Made by a program: the position numbers and the translations under genes. From assembly GCA_963514005.1 (NCBI GenBank), contig OY740794.1, positions 26,660,001-26,724,000 of the forward strand: a stretch of DNA of 64,000 nt, read 5' to 3'. Origin of the DNA: Raja brachyura. Taxonomy: Eukaryota. Shown here piece after piece: positions 1-11,428 of the stretch. Positions within the stretch are counted from its first letter, which is position 1, and each line of letters starts with the position of its first letter. The notes below the pieces were generated by a model. That model ran no database searches. It was not told where the DNA came from and worked only from the letters and a program-made list of their open reading frames with translations.

Positions 1-1945
1 TTTATCAGCCTTCAGCCCCATCAGTCTATCCAACACCATTTCCTGCCTAATATGAATTTCCTTCAGTTCCTCTGTCACCCTAGGTCCTCTGGCCACTAGT
101 ACGTCTGGAAGATTGTTTGTGTCCTCCTTATTGAAGACAGATCCAAAGTACCTGTTCAACTCATCTGCCATTTCCTTGTTCCCCACAATAAATTCACCAG
201 TTTCTGTCTTCAAGGGTCCAACTTTGGTCTTTACTAATGTTTTCCTCTTCACATACCTAAAGAAGCTTTTATTATCCTCCTTTATATTCTTGGCTAACTG
301 ACCTTCGTACCTCATCTTTTCGCCCCGTATTGCCTTTTTAGTTATCTTCTGTTGCTCTTTAAAAGTTTCCCAATTCTCCGGCTTCCCGCTCATCTTTGCT
401 ATGTTATTCTTCTTCTCTTCTATTTTTTTATGGTGTCCTTGACTTCCCTTGTCAGCCACAATCATTCCTTACCCCTTAGAATCTTTCTTCGTCTTTTGAA
501 TTAACTGATCCTGTACCTTCTGTATTATTCCCAGAAATACCTGCCATTGTTGTTCCACTGTCATCCCTGCTTGGGTATCTTTCCAATGAATTTGGCCAGC
601 TCCTCCCTCATGTCTTCATAGTCCCCTTTATTCAACTGTAATACTGACACTTCCAATTTTTCTTTCTCCCTCTTAAATTGTAGATTAAAACATATCATAT
701 TATGGTCACTACCTCCTAATGGCTCCTTTACCTCGGGTTCCCTTATCAAATCTGGTTCATTACACAACACTAAATCCAGAATTGCCTTCTCCCTGGTAGG
801 CTCCATTACAAGATGTTCTAAGAATCCATCGTGGAGGCACTCCACAAACTCCCTTTCTTGGAGTCCAGTACCAACCTGATTTTCCCAGTCTACCTGCATA
901 TTGAAATATTTAACTTTGCGACATACCAATTTTAACTCTTGATTCAACTGGCACCCTATATCCAGGCTACTGTTTGGGGCCCTGTACATAACTCCCATTA
1001 GGGTCTTTTTACCCTTACAACTCCTCAGTTTTATCCATACTGACTCAACATCTCCTGATTCTTTGTCACCCCTTGCAAGGGACTGAATTTCATTCCTCAC
1101 CAACAGAGCTATCCCACCCCTTCTGCCCACTTGTCTGTTTTTTGGATAGGACGTATACGCTTGAATATTCAGTTCCCAGCCCTGGTCCTCTTGCAGCCAT
1201 GTCTCTGTAATTCCCACAACATCATACTTGCCAATTTCTAACTGAGCCTCAAGCTCATCCACTTTATTTTTTATACTTCGTGCATTCATATATACTTTAA
1301 TCCATTATTCCCCTCACCATTCACATCGATTCCTATTTCACTTAGCCTTACTGTCCTATCCCTTCCTGAGCTTTCTGCCCTGTTCATTCTGGTGTCTTAA
1401 CGTTTCTTATACTCTCTTTCCCTTTAACTCCATCCTTATATCTCCAGTATGTCTCCTCCCCCACACTATTTAGTTTAAACCCGCCCGTGTAGCAGTGGCA
1501 AATCTGCTGCCAAAATGCTGTTCCCCTGCCTGTTACGGTGCAACACGTCCTTTTTGTACAATTCACCCCTACCCCAAAATAGATCCCAGTGGTCTAAGAA
1601 TCTAAATCCCTGCTTCCCGCACCAGCTCCTCAGCCACACATTCAGATCCCCTATCTCCCTGTTCCTGCCCTCACCAGCACGAGGAACTGGAAGCAAACTG
1701 GAGGTATCTACTGCTTTTCAGCCTTCTTCCAAGTTCTCTGAAGTCAAGCTGCAGAATGTCTTTCCTCTTCTTCCCGATGTCGTTTGTGCCGACATGCACG
1801 ACCACTTCCGGCAGCTCACCTTCCCCCTTGAGGATGCTCTGCAATCGGTCCGTGACGTCCTGGATCCTGGCACCAGGGAGGCAACATACCATCCTTGAAT
1901 CCTGCCTGTTACCGCAGAAACCTCTGTCCGTACCTCTCACGATGG
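1..1945 (-). mobile_element. CR1-clade LINE, disrupted: ORF1 SGNH-esterase fragment (~1475-1940) and ORF2 APE endonuclease/RT N-terminus; runs off the window
   Basis: ORF1-like PGARIQDV..VVVHVGTND..FRFLDHW; ORF2 NARSIKNK..GITETW..LDLVL..GSDHN. Frameshifts present. Confidence 0.92.
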
Positions 1946-2327
1946 TTCCTTTTGTCTCCAGTTAGTCTGCTCCACAGCGAAAGCTCCTCAAGGTAAGCCT
2001 ACTTTGAAGAAGTTCTCCTGGTCTGTCGGAATCCAAGTCACACTGGCTTGGATGATAGAGGCAGGGGGTAGCAGTGGGAAGCCTTGGACCTCGGGCATTC
2101 CTCGAGGATCAGTGCTGGGACCTTTGTTTGTGAAATGTATTAACAACTTGGGATGTGAATGCAGGAGGTGAGATTATCAAGTCTGCAGATAACACAAAAG
2201 CTGTTGGTGTTGTGGAGAGTGAGGAGAGTTTTCAAAGGCTCAGCAGGGTATGGATCAGATGGCAAGATGGGTGGAGTGTTGGAGCGTGGAATTAATTCCC
2301 AACATGTGTGAGATAATGTGTCATGTA

Positions 2328-2635
2328 GGGCGGCATGGCAGCGCAGCTGTAGAATTGCTGCCTTACTGCATCAGAGACCCAGGTTCCATCCTGACTACGG
2401 GTGCTGCCTGTACAGAGTCTGTATGTTCTCCCCATGATCTGCGTGGGTATTCTCCGGGGAAGTCCAGCTTCCTCCCACACTCCGAAGATGTACAGGTTTG
2501 TAGGTTAATTGGCTTGGTTAAATTGTAAAAATTGTTCCTAGTATGTGTAAAATAGTGTTAGTGCATGGGGATTTCAGGTCGGTGCGGATTCGGTGGGCCG
2601 AATGGCATGTTTCCGCATTGTATCTCTGAACTGAA
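2328..2635 (+). mobile_element. tRNA-derived V-SINE (HE1-like)
   Basis: gggcggca head with A/B-box-like motifs (ggttccatcc), central ttcctcccacactccgaag domain, CR1-like tail gggccgaatggc..tgtatctct. Confidence 0.85.
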
Positions 2636-2732
2636 GGACCTTGGGTTTCAAGTTCATAGGTCCCTGAAAGTGGCACCACGTGTGGATAGGATAGTGATAG
2701 GCATCTGCCTAGATCGCCTTCAGAGCTTAGGG

Positions 2733-3713
2733 CAGGGGTAGGCAACCTACGGCTCCCTGGGCCGAATGCAGCTCGCAACCCGAAATCATCCGGCTCCCAG
2801 GCGTATTTTTTTCCACCCGTAATCATCCAGCCTGCAGACTTCGGTCATCTCCGGTACCTCCCAGGCCCGAAGCCGCAAGGAGGCCTGCGCTGGTGGCCGC
2901 ATTGAGGGAGCCGCTGAGCCTGGACAGAGCATCACCCATTCCTTCTCTCCAGAGCCACTGTCTGTCTCCAGCTTTTTGTGTCTATTCACAAGTACTCTTT
3001 GCATCGCTGTGGAATATAGACCCCGTCACCCGTGGAGGCGTTGCATGGTTTGTAATTGGTTTGGACTGATGATGGATGTAATTGGTTTGGACTGTGTGCT
3101 TATGTATCTCCCGTGACCCGTTTCACTTCAGATGCTTACCAAATCGCATATAAAAAACACGATTGAAGCTCCTTCTACATAAATTATACATAGATTGTAC
3201 AAGACAGTGAAAAGAACAATACTGTGGAGTGAAATCAAAACATTAGATCAAACAGCCCAAACTACGGTACATCTTGTTCCACCTTAATCCCTCTGCCCGG
3301 TATGATTTTGAACCAAATCTTCTCTCAATCTTTCTTCTCCTTTCGTGTGGCGTGCACAGCCTAAAGTTGTTGGACAACTTGTTCTATTTGATCTTCCGTT
3401 AGTGCATGTTGAGTTCATTGCATTAGTCGAACCAGGGCGGACCACGTGAAGGTTGCAATCTTTTACCCCCTCTGCCTTTGATGCCGCATATTTTGCATAG
3501 TGCATATACTGCATAGTGGAGTATCTTGCTCCGCTCTATGATCGTTGGCCAGTGTTCCGGGCTGCGTCCTCAAAGGGCGGGATCGATGTGAACACGTGAT
3601 TTGATGCCTGCCATCCGGGGCTGGATCCATGTGTACACGTGATAGATGTGGCCCGCCATCCGCTCGCATACATGCATCCAGGCCCCGATGCAGAACAAGG
3701 TTGCTGACCCCTG
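2733..3713. mobile_element. Non-autonomous hAT (Charlie-like) DNA transposon
   Basis: TIRs caggggtaggcaacc / ggttgctgacccctg; perfect 8-bp TSD gcttaggg (2725-2732, 3714-3721). Confidence 0.9.
3331..3470 (-). mobile_element. 3' fragment of a non-LTR retroelement (possibly RTE-type) nested in the hAT element
   Basis: GAA-like tail; the same terminal sequence acaactttaggctgtgcacgc recurs at 60759-60779 followed by aagaaga. Confidence 0.5.
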
Positions 3714-4769
3714 GCTTAGGGCAAAGAATATTACAATTCAGACATTACAGTGCAACTTTACAAAAAACTGGTTAGACTACATTTGAGTAATGTGCCCAGT
3801 TCTGGTTTCCCCACTTAGATAAGGCAGTGTCATTAAGTTTGAAAGAGCGCAGAGAAAGCCAGAGGGTTGGACTTTATTCTCTGGAGCACAGGAAGCTCAG
3901 AGGTGATCTGATAGAGGTGCATAATATTTTTATTTTAGTTTTGGAGGAAGGAATATCCTTCGACCATGTGGAGTTATGCTGAGACATGAGGAGCTTCCTA
4001 ATGTTTAAAAGTGATATGCTGAAGATTGACCAAGATTAAAGTGTACGAGTCTAAGAAGGTTGAATATCTTACTGTTTTTCTTCAACAATAAAGAAACTAT
4101 CAATCTAAAGTCTGTTATGAAGATTTATCTTTCAAGAAGCTTTGAATGTCTTGTGAAGAGCTCACATGCTTAAAACGATAATCTCCTAATATCATGCTGT
4201 CTCTTAAGTGGCTAGAGCGATAATGGAGCGATCTCTTGAACGATATAATAATGGCACTATATTAGAATCAAGAACAAGAAAGGACAGGTTTACGATGAGA
4301 GGTCAAAGATTTAATCGGAACCCAAGGGGCAGCTTTTTCACTCAGGGAGGTGGATATATGGAACAAGCGGCTAGAGGAGTTGGTTGAGGCAGGTACAATA
4401 ACATTATTTAAAATATATTTGGACAGGTACATGGATAAGAGAGGTTTAGAGGGAAATGGGCCAAATGGGACCAGTTTAGATGGGGCATCTTGATCGGCAA
4501 GGAAACATTGAGCCAAAGGTTCTGTTTCCACGCTGTATGACTCAAGGACTATCGCTGAAAATGAGATGAGCACAGAGGAGATTCATGTTGCCTGAATTGG
4601 AAAACTAGTTATGGGGAGAGTCTGGACAAACTTGGATGTTTTCTCAGGACCACTGGCGGCTGAGGGGAGACTTTATTTAGAGATACTGCACAGAAACGTC
4701 CCTTCGGCCCACTGAGTCTTCGCTTACCAGAGGTCACCCCGTACAGTACAGTGCTGGAGCATTGATCGG

Positions 4770-5172
4770 TGCTCTTGTATACTCTGGAGTTCAGAAGGAT
4801 GAGAGGGGATCTTATTGAAACATATAAGATTATTAAGGGTTTGTACACGATAGAGGCAGGAAACCTGTTCCCGGTGTTGTGGGAGTCCAGAACCAGGGGC
4901 CACAGTTTAAGAATAAGGGGCAAGCCATTTAGAACGGAGACGAGGAAACGCGTTTTCGCACAGAGTTGTGAGTTTGTGGAATTCTCCGCCTCAGAGGGCG
5001 GTAGAGGCCAGTTCTCTAGATACTTTCAAGAGCTAGATGGGGCTCTTAAAGATAGCGGAGTCGGGGGTATGGGGAGAAGGCAGGAACGGGGTACTGATTG
5101 TGGATGATCAGCCATGATCACATTGAATGGCGGTGCTGGCTCAAAGGGCCTACTCCTGCACCTATTGTCTAC
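4770..5172 (+). mobile_element. CR1 LINE 3' end
   Basis: LYTLEFRRMRGDLIETYKIIKG..SRTRGHSLRIRG and tail ending cctactcctgcacctattgtct. Confidence 0.9.
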
Positions 5173-6174
5173 TATCTTAAGAGGTGTATTAAATAATGAG
5201 GGGAATTGATAGTATTATTGCACTGTCTTTGTTCCAGGGTAGAGGAATCAAGAACCAGAGGTCATAGCTTTAAGGTGGGATGGGAAAGGACAACTTTTTT
5301 CCACTGAGTGTTTTGGGTATATGGAATCAGCTGCCAGAGGAGGTAGATGGGGCAGTTATCATAACAGCATTAAAAAAAATGGAAGACACCAAGAACTGCA
5401 GATTTGGATTTACAAAAGACACAAGGTGCTATATGTCCTAACAGGTGATAAATGTTGGATTTGCCAGCAATGCTAAAGTTCCTGGAATGCCATGGAAATG
5501 ATTGATGGAAAAGCTCGATTGAACAGGAGCTGCTCTAAGTGTCCGAGCACACAGATTGGACGCGACCTGCAGTGGAGGTGGAGAACATTTACATCGTCTG
5601 GGCAGGACGACCCGTGCAACTCCGACCCAGTGCCGCCGCCAGGACAGCGGGACTTTAAGGGCATGACAACGCCGAGATTTTTAACAACTCTGAACTTGAA
5701 GGTTACAAGATAGTGCTGAAAAACATGGCGACACTTGTGCACTGCCCTAGTGTAATCTACCATCTTACACTCTTGTACATGATTGTGCTTATGTGTAGTA
5801 AGAATTTTATCAAACTGCATGGTAAAAAGGAAATTCACTGTACCTTGGTGCTTGTGACAATAAAATACCACTGAACCTCTGAGGTTGAAGAATTCACTTA
5901 GTAAGGTTTGATCGAAAAAGACACAAATACTGGAGTAATTCAGCAAGTCAGGCAGCATCTCTGGAGAACATGGATAGGCAACATTTCACGTGGGACCCTT
6001 CTTCAGTCATTCAGACCCTTCTTCGTTTTTTGACCCATAATGTCACCTTTCCATGTTCTCCAGAGATGGTGTCTGACTTGCTGAGTTACTCCAGCACTTT
6101 GTCTCTTTTTGTGCATTAACCAGCATCAGCAGCTCTTTGTTTCTATTAAGGTGCGATAGAAAACAGGACGCCAT

Positions 6175-6205
6175 TTTAATACAGTACCTTTCATAAATCT
6201 TTATT
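6175..6205 (-). promoter_or_regulatory. Candidate distal polyadenylation signals AATAAA (6205-6200) and ATTAAA (6180-6175)
   Basis: Minus strand reads AAATAAAGATTTATGAAAGGTACTGTATTAAAATGGCGTCCTGTTTTCT, with a U/GU-rich tract downstream. Confidence 0.4.
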
Positions 6206-6897
6206 TATAAAACCCATTGAACATTCTCCCAGTTTGAGGAAAGGAAATGTCATTTGGCATTTAGTGTTATTATATGCAGCATAGACACAGACACACACAC
6301 ACACAGACACACACATCAATGCAAGACAGTCTGTACCAATTACAACCATCCAAAGAGTGGTTTCAAAAATATCTTTAAACCAGTGTATAAAGAACGAAGA
6401 ACAAATGCGTTGTGGGGTCTTCCCTACTTCAAATATTTAAAATTTAAAAAATCAGAACTTCATATCCCAAAGTGAAAACAAAAATACCAAAGGAAATATA
6501 TGTAAGATGTGCAACATTCCATTACAAGTTGGCTAAACCACAGCTGCACGAAATGACAAATTGATGTATGTGCATCATTAGGACGAAGTGCAAGGTCTCC
6601 AGAAAGGACAAATATAATGAAGATAATGGCGTCTCATGGAAAATATTAACAGTACAGCCCCGCCAGTCTATTCCAAGGCATCATCCCTTTTTGTTCACAT
6701 ATTTAACATACAAAAAACCCCACTACGTTAAAGTTATGACATGCTCTTTGCAGTTATGAACGGTTCCTTAAAAACAAATCTTTAATGCTCACTTGTGCTT
6801 TATTAGGGCAGCCGATAAGAGAAATACACAGAAATAAAACTACACTTAAGGAAATTGACCTCTTATAAAAAAACCTAAGGCATATTTACAATATGGC

Positions 6898-7130
6898 AGA
6901 TAGACACAAAATGGTGGAGTAATTCAGCAGGTCAGGCAGCATCTCTGGAGGGAAGGAATAGGTGATGTTTCAGGTTGGAACCCTTCTTCAGAGTAACTTC
7001 ATTCTGAAGGATTCCAACCCGAAACGTCACCTAATCCTATTCTCCAGAGATGCTGCCTGGCCCGCTTAGTTATTCCAACATTTTGCGTCTACCTTCAGTA
7101 TAAACCAGCATCTGCAGTTCCTTCCTACAC
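6898..7130. repeat. Penelope-terminal-repeat-derived fold-back element. Similar copies at ~5915-6145, 8357-8508, 9770-9980, 14240-14475, 25648-25945, 26578-26770, 50870-51170, 52655-52990, 58010-58230, 59455-59645
   Basis: ~95-bp inverted arms (ggagtaattcagcaggtcaggcagcatctctggag / ctccagagatgctgcctg..). The same arm sequence abuts the GIY-YIG ORF at 55785-55885. Confidence 0.8.
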
Positions 7131-7584
7131 ACATCAATATGGCATGTTTAGTTTTATTAGTTCTGAAACTACAGGTGAGGCAACCCTGATTTTGAGGGGA
7201 AAATGTTGATCTTCTAACATACACATCTACCCCAGGGTTACAATGAAGCCACAAATTACTACAATACCCACATAAAACTTGCATTCTGTTCTGTTGCGTT
7301 TCCCCCCTTTTATTAAGTTATACGTTAGATGGCAGCTGATCATTGAAGTTCAACTTTCAATCAAAATTGTGTTTTTCCACGTAATATTTTCCATTTTCCA
7401 CAATAATTTTTCCCCCAGAGGGTGGGGTGATAAGACTGAAAGAGGTTAAGATTCAGACGAGCTTCCACTGGTGCTATCTTTACTGGGTCACTATGTCACT
7501 GCAAACTATGCATTTGGCCAAATCGATGCATTTCTAAGATCCCCCCCCCCCCCCCCCCCGCCGGTATCTGAGATGGGGGGAACC

Positions 7585-7820
7585 TTAGTTTAGTTTGGAA
7601 ACAGGTCCTTTGGCCCACTGAGTCCGTGCCAACCAACCATACACGTACACATTAGGGGCAATTTTACAGAAGTCAATTAACGTAGAAGCCCGTACATTTT
7701 TGGAATGTGGGAAGTAACTAGAGCACCTGCAGAAAATCCACGGGATACACAGACAGCACCCGTAGTCAGGATCAAACCCGGGTCTCTGGTGGTGTAAGAC
7801 AGCTGCGCCACCATGCCGCT
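7585..7820 (-). mobile_element. V-SINE (HE1-like). Further minus-strand copies at ~8580-8760, 10820-11103, 11830-12050, 26820-26980, 30022-30325, 31553-31842
   Basis: Reverse complement of the same head, central domain and tail as the 2328 copy. Confidence 0.8.
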
Positions 7821-10800
7821 GGTGAAACAGCCCCCGAAGTTTCTAAAAATGCCTTGAAAATAGGCATTGTATTGGAGAGAGAGGTTATTTCAGCAAAATA
7901 CAACAGAGGGCATTTCAGAACGCTATTGTTTTTTAACAAAATTCAGAACAGGCAATTTTAAATTCACAGGAGTGTCCTTCATCACTCAAGCCTCATTACG
8001 TTTAAAAGAACCACTGCAGTATCCTCAATGTGTAGACATTTATGGTCCAATATTCTCGGAGACCATCACAAGTGGAATCAAAGAATATGTGCAACCAAAG
8101 GTTATGGGAAGATAGAGTTACAAATTGACATTTACTGGGAAAGCAGATCATATTTTAAATGGTCGAAATATCCCATGTGCTGGTCAGCCAATGATTCACT
8201 TCGACAGACAGAAACCAAATTATGAACTCTCCCCCGATACAAGATCTGATATGCAGATTTCAAAGCCATAATCTACACAGGGGGGGGATGTGGAACAACT
8301 TGTGTTTCAATGAGAGCTAAACAGATGTGCATGCCATGTATAATATCCTTTCAACTCTGGAGTAACTCAGCGGGTCAGTGTCTCTGGAGAACATGGATAG
8401 GTGACGTTTCGGGTCAGGACCTTTCTTGAGATGCTGCCTGATCCGCTGAGCTTCTGCAGCACATTTTCTCTCTTAGTAAACCAGCAGCTGCAGTTCTAGG
8501 TTTCTTCAGCACAATTAGCCTACATGCACTTTTGATATTTTGTTCTGGCACTGCACAGGGTTGCAAGTAAGAGCTTCCTAGTTAATAAACCTACAAACCT
8601 GTACGCCTTTGGAGTGTGGGAGGAAATTGGAGCACCAGAGGAAACCCACGTGGTCACAGGGAGAACGTGAAAACTCTGTACAAATAGCACCCATGGACAG
8701 GGTCCAACCCAGGTCTCTGGTGATGTAAGGCAGCAACTCTACCGCTGTGCCACCGTGCCGTCTCGGTGTAGAATTTAGAAACCAAGGCAGAATTCAATCA
8801 AATCCCATTAAAACAAAAGCAACAAAGAATTCCTACGCACTTCTGGAGACAAACCAAAAAAAACATGCACAACCGCAGTTTGGCACACACAGATTACATC
8901 AAGAGTCATCAGAATTTCAACTCTCCTATTAAACCGGCAATATCTTGAGGAACCTTCCACGCCATCATCAAGGCTGCTCAGCACATCAAAGCAAATGAAA
9001 TATTAAAACCAATTAATTCGGATTACTTCCAAATTAATCTTAAAGGTTCAGTCGAGGACAGATAGTGGAAATTAATGACAAAATTCAGAATAATTATCAC
9101 TCTAAAGAATTATTTATCAAACAATTCAACTATTGAAAGTTAAATAAGATGCTGAGAGAGGATATGCATCAGAGTGGCTGACCTTTCTTGGGCGAGGGAA
9201 TACTTTTGCAAATAAACTGTTGGTCACAAATTAATTCAATGCCAATGCAAGTCCCAATACTGTGAGACAACTCTAGATGACTTAAACTCAATAATCTTGG
9301 TGCACTTCAGATCAAATAAGCTTAGGTTGTTTGTGTCGCGCGCAAACCACACTTGTGCACAGGGCCCAAGCTCAAAAACTGCAGTTGGTCCAACTCTGAA
9401 TGGGATTAAGAGTCAGAATTTACAATTCACCTCTACTTCCAACAACAATACCTTGTATAGTTCCCTGGGGTTTTCCTCCTCCACTGCAGCGCATGTCTAC
9501 CAGACCCAACAATTTCACTGAAATAGGCAACATGACAATGGTGACACTCCAGCACCTACCATCACCTGCTTAAAGCGTCTAGCTGGGAATGAGACACTGC
9601 TATGGTGGATCATGTGAAAGCAGTTCAGTGAAAGTGACCTTCAATACGAGGTATACTGACAGTTAAGTAAATCTGTGGAAATACAGGAGATGGAACAGAC
9701 AGAAAAAGGTTCGTTTATGTGGTTTTCCCACAACATGCATGCATTGACCATGGTTCTAGGAATAACAGAGGAAACGATGAACAGCAGATGCTGGTTTACA
9801 AAAAAAGACAAAAGTGCTGGAGTAACTCAGCGGGTCGGGCAGCTCCCAGGAGAACATGAATTTAAGACGTTTCGGTCAGACTGGTCTGAAGAAGGGTCTC
9901 AACCCAAACATCACCTATCCACATTTTCCAGAGATGCTTGCTTGCCCTGCTGAGTTACTCCAGCACTTTATATCCTTGTTTGACCTTTAACAACTCGCAA
10001 TAAAATAAAACTCATCTTCCTAATGTAACAGGAGCATTGACGCTGAAAATTTGTGTTGCCGTGCTGTGCTTTGGACTATAAAGGCATTTTCCCCCAATTA
10101 GAGGTTCATGTTCTTCTAAGGTCTCTGCTCAAGCCAGTTAGTGAAAGGGATATTTGCCCTGTTGAAAAGAACTGATGTCCTGTGATTATCAAAAACGTAG
10201 AATAACCTGCAGTGTCACAAAGTTCCCAATTTCTGTATGCAGTGAATAGTGGCAACACTATGTGAAAATATGAACCAGATGCAATCTTTTCATCAAATAT
10301 TCAACAGAACCAAATTTCCAACTCAACACAATCTTCTGAGGGGAAAGGCAAGGACAATACTGGGAAAAGTTAAATATTTTAATGTCTATATACCATTTTA
10401 AACCCTACACTATTTTGTTTTACTAACAATTGTTTTTGAAGTTTTTAAGATTGAATTTAACAACCAAACTCACTTTTACTTTTGATACGTGTACACAATT
10501 AAATTATTACTTAGGAATTCTCCTGCAAACCTGTTCTGCAGCCTCTGGGTCTTATTGTTCTGACCAGTGGTCAAGTCTCACCCCCCCCCCCCCCCCCCTC
10601 ATAGTGCCGAAGGAGCTGGTATTTTTTAAGAAATTGAGTCCAAAAAAGTAATGCACTCCCTTGGCAATGAATGTTACTGAAAGGTCAATTAATTCAGACA
10701 AGACGATGAGTTTTAAACATCCTGAGGAAATAAGCATTCAAGAGACCAGGCCAAATTCATACAAGTGTGCTTGCTTACATCTTGGCAATGACAGGCCTCC

Positions 10801-11340
10801 AACACACATCACATCCTTTACTTTAGAGATACAGGACCGAAACATGCCCTTTGGATCACAGAGTATGTGCTGATCAGCGATCACCCTGTACAGTAGCACT
10901 ATCCTACACACTAGACAGGTTTGACCAAGGCCAATTAAACTACAAACCTATATGTCTCTGGAGTGTGGAAGGAAACCGGAGCATCCGGAGAAAACCCACG
11001 CGGTCCCAGGGAGAATGGACAGACAGCACCCATAGTCAGGATCTAAGTCGGGCCTCTGGCAGTGTAAGGCAGCAATTCTACTGCTGCACCACTACGCCAC
11101 CCTATTCTGCCACAGGAGACTAAAGTACACATTGGTGTCTTGAGCAACAGGCTGGGGGAAGAGCGGGAAGGAGAGTTAAGGAATCCAAAAATTCTCATCT
11201 TGCACAGCAACATCATACTTTGTTAGACACTTGGTTTAACACCAGGAAGTTCAACAACAGTGCGAGTCCAAATGCCAGACAACTTCTGCAATAAACAGAA
11301 AATACTGTGAATGTTACCACGGCACCCACAATGGGTGGAG

Positions 11341-11428
11341 ATCACTAAACGACAGTTACAAGAGGCTCTGTGGAGCCTGTGAAGATCGCTGAACAGCAGT
11401 TACAAGAGGCTCTGTGGAGCCTGTGAAG
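11341..11428. repeat. Tandem duplication, 2 x 44 bp
   Basis: cagttacaagaggctctgtggagcctgtgaaga is identical at 11353 and 11397. Confidence 0.9.

Larger units (their letters stand above)
2040..4545 (+). mobile_element. Old CR1 LINE 3' portion, interrupted by a SINE, a hAT element and an unclassified insert
   Basis: Degenerate RT motifs (PQGSVLGP-like ~2100, KFADDT-like ~2180, LYK-LVR-HLEY-like ~3755) and a CR1-type 3' end near 4540. Confidence 0.75.

Noticed and set aside
2328-2400. tRNA genes at SINE heads
   Set aside because: A/B-box-like motifs run straight into the SINE body, no convincing cloverleaf, many diverged copies.
5473-5958. 161-aa ORF and overlapping short ORFs
   Set aside because: Starts in a fold-back repeat and crosses repeat-like tails; no recognisable domain or splice context.
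11341-11428. CRISPR-like repeat or histone stem-loop
   Set aside because: Only two units, eukaryotic context, no spacer series. The loop does not match the histone UUUC loop.
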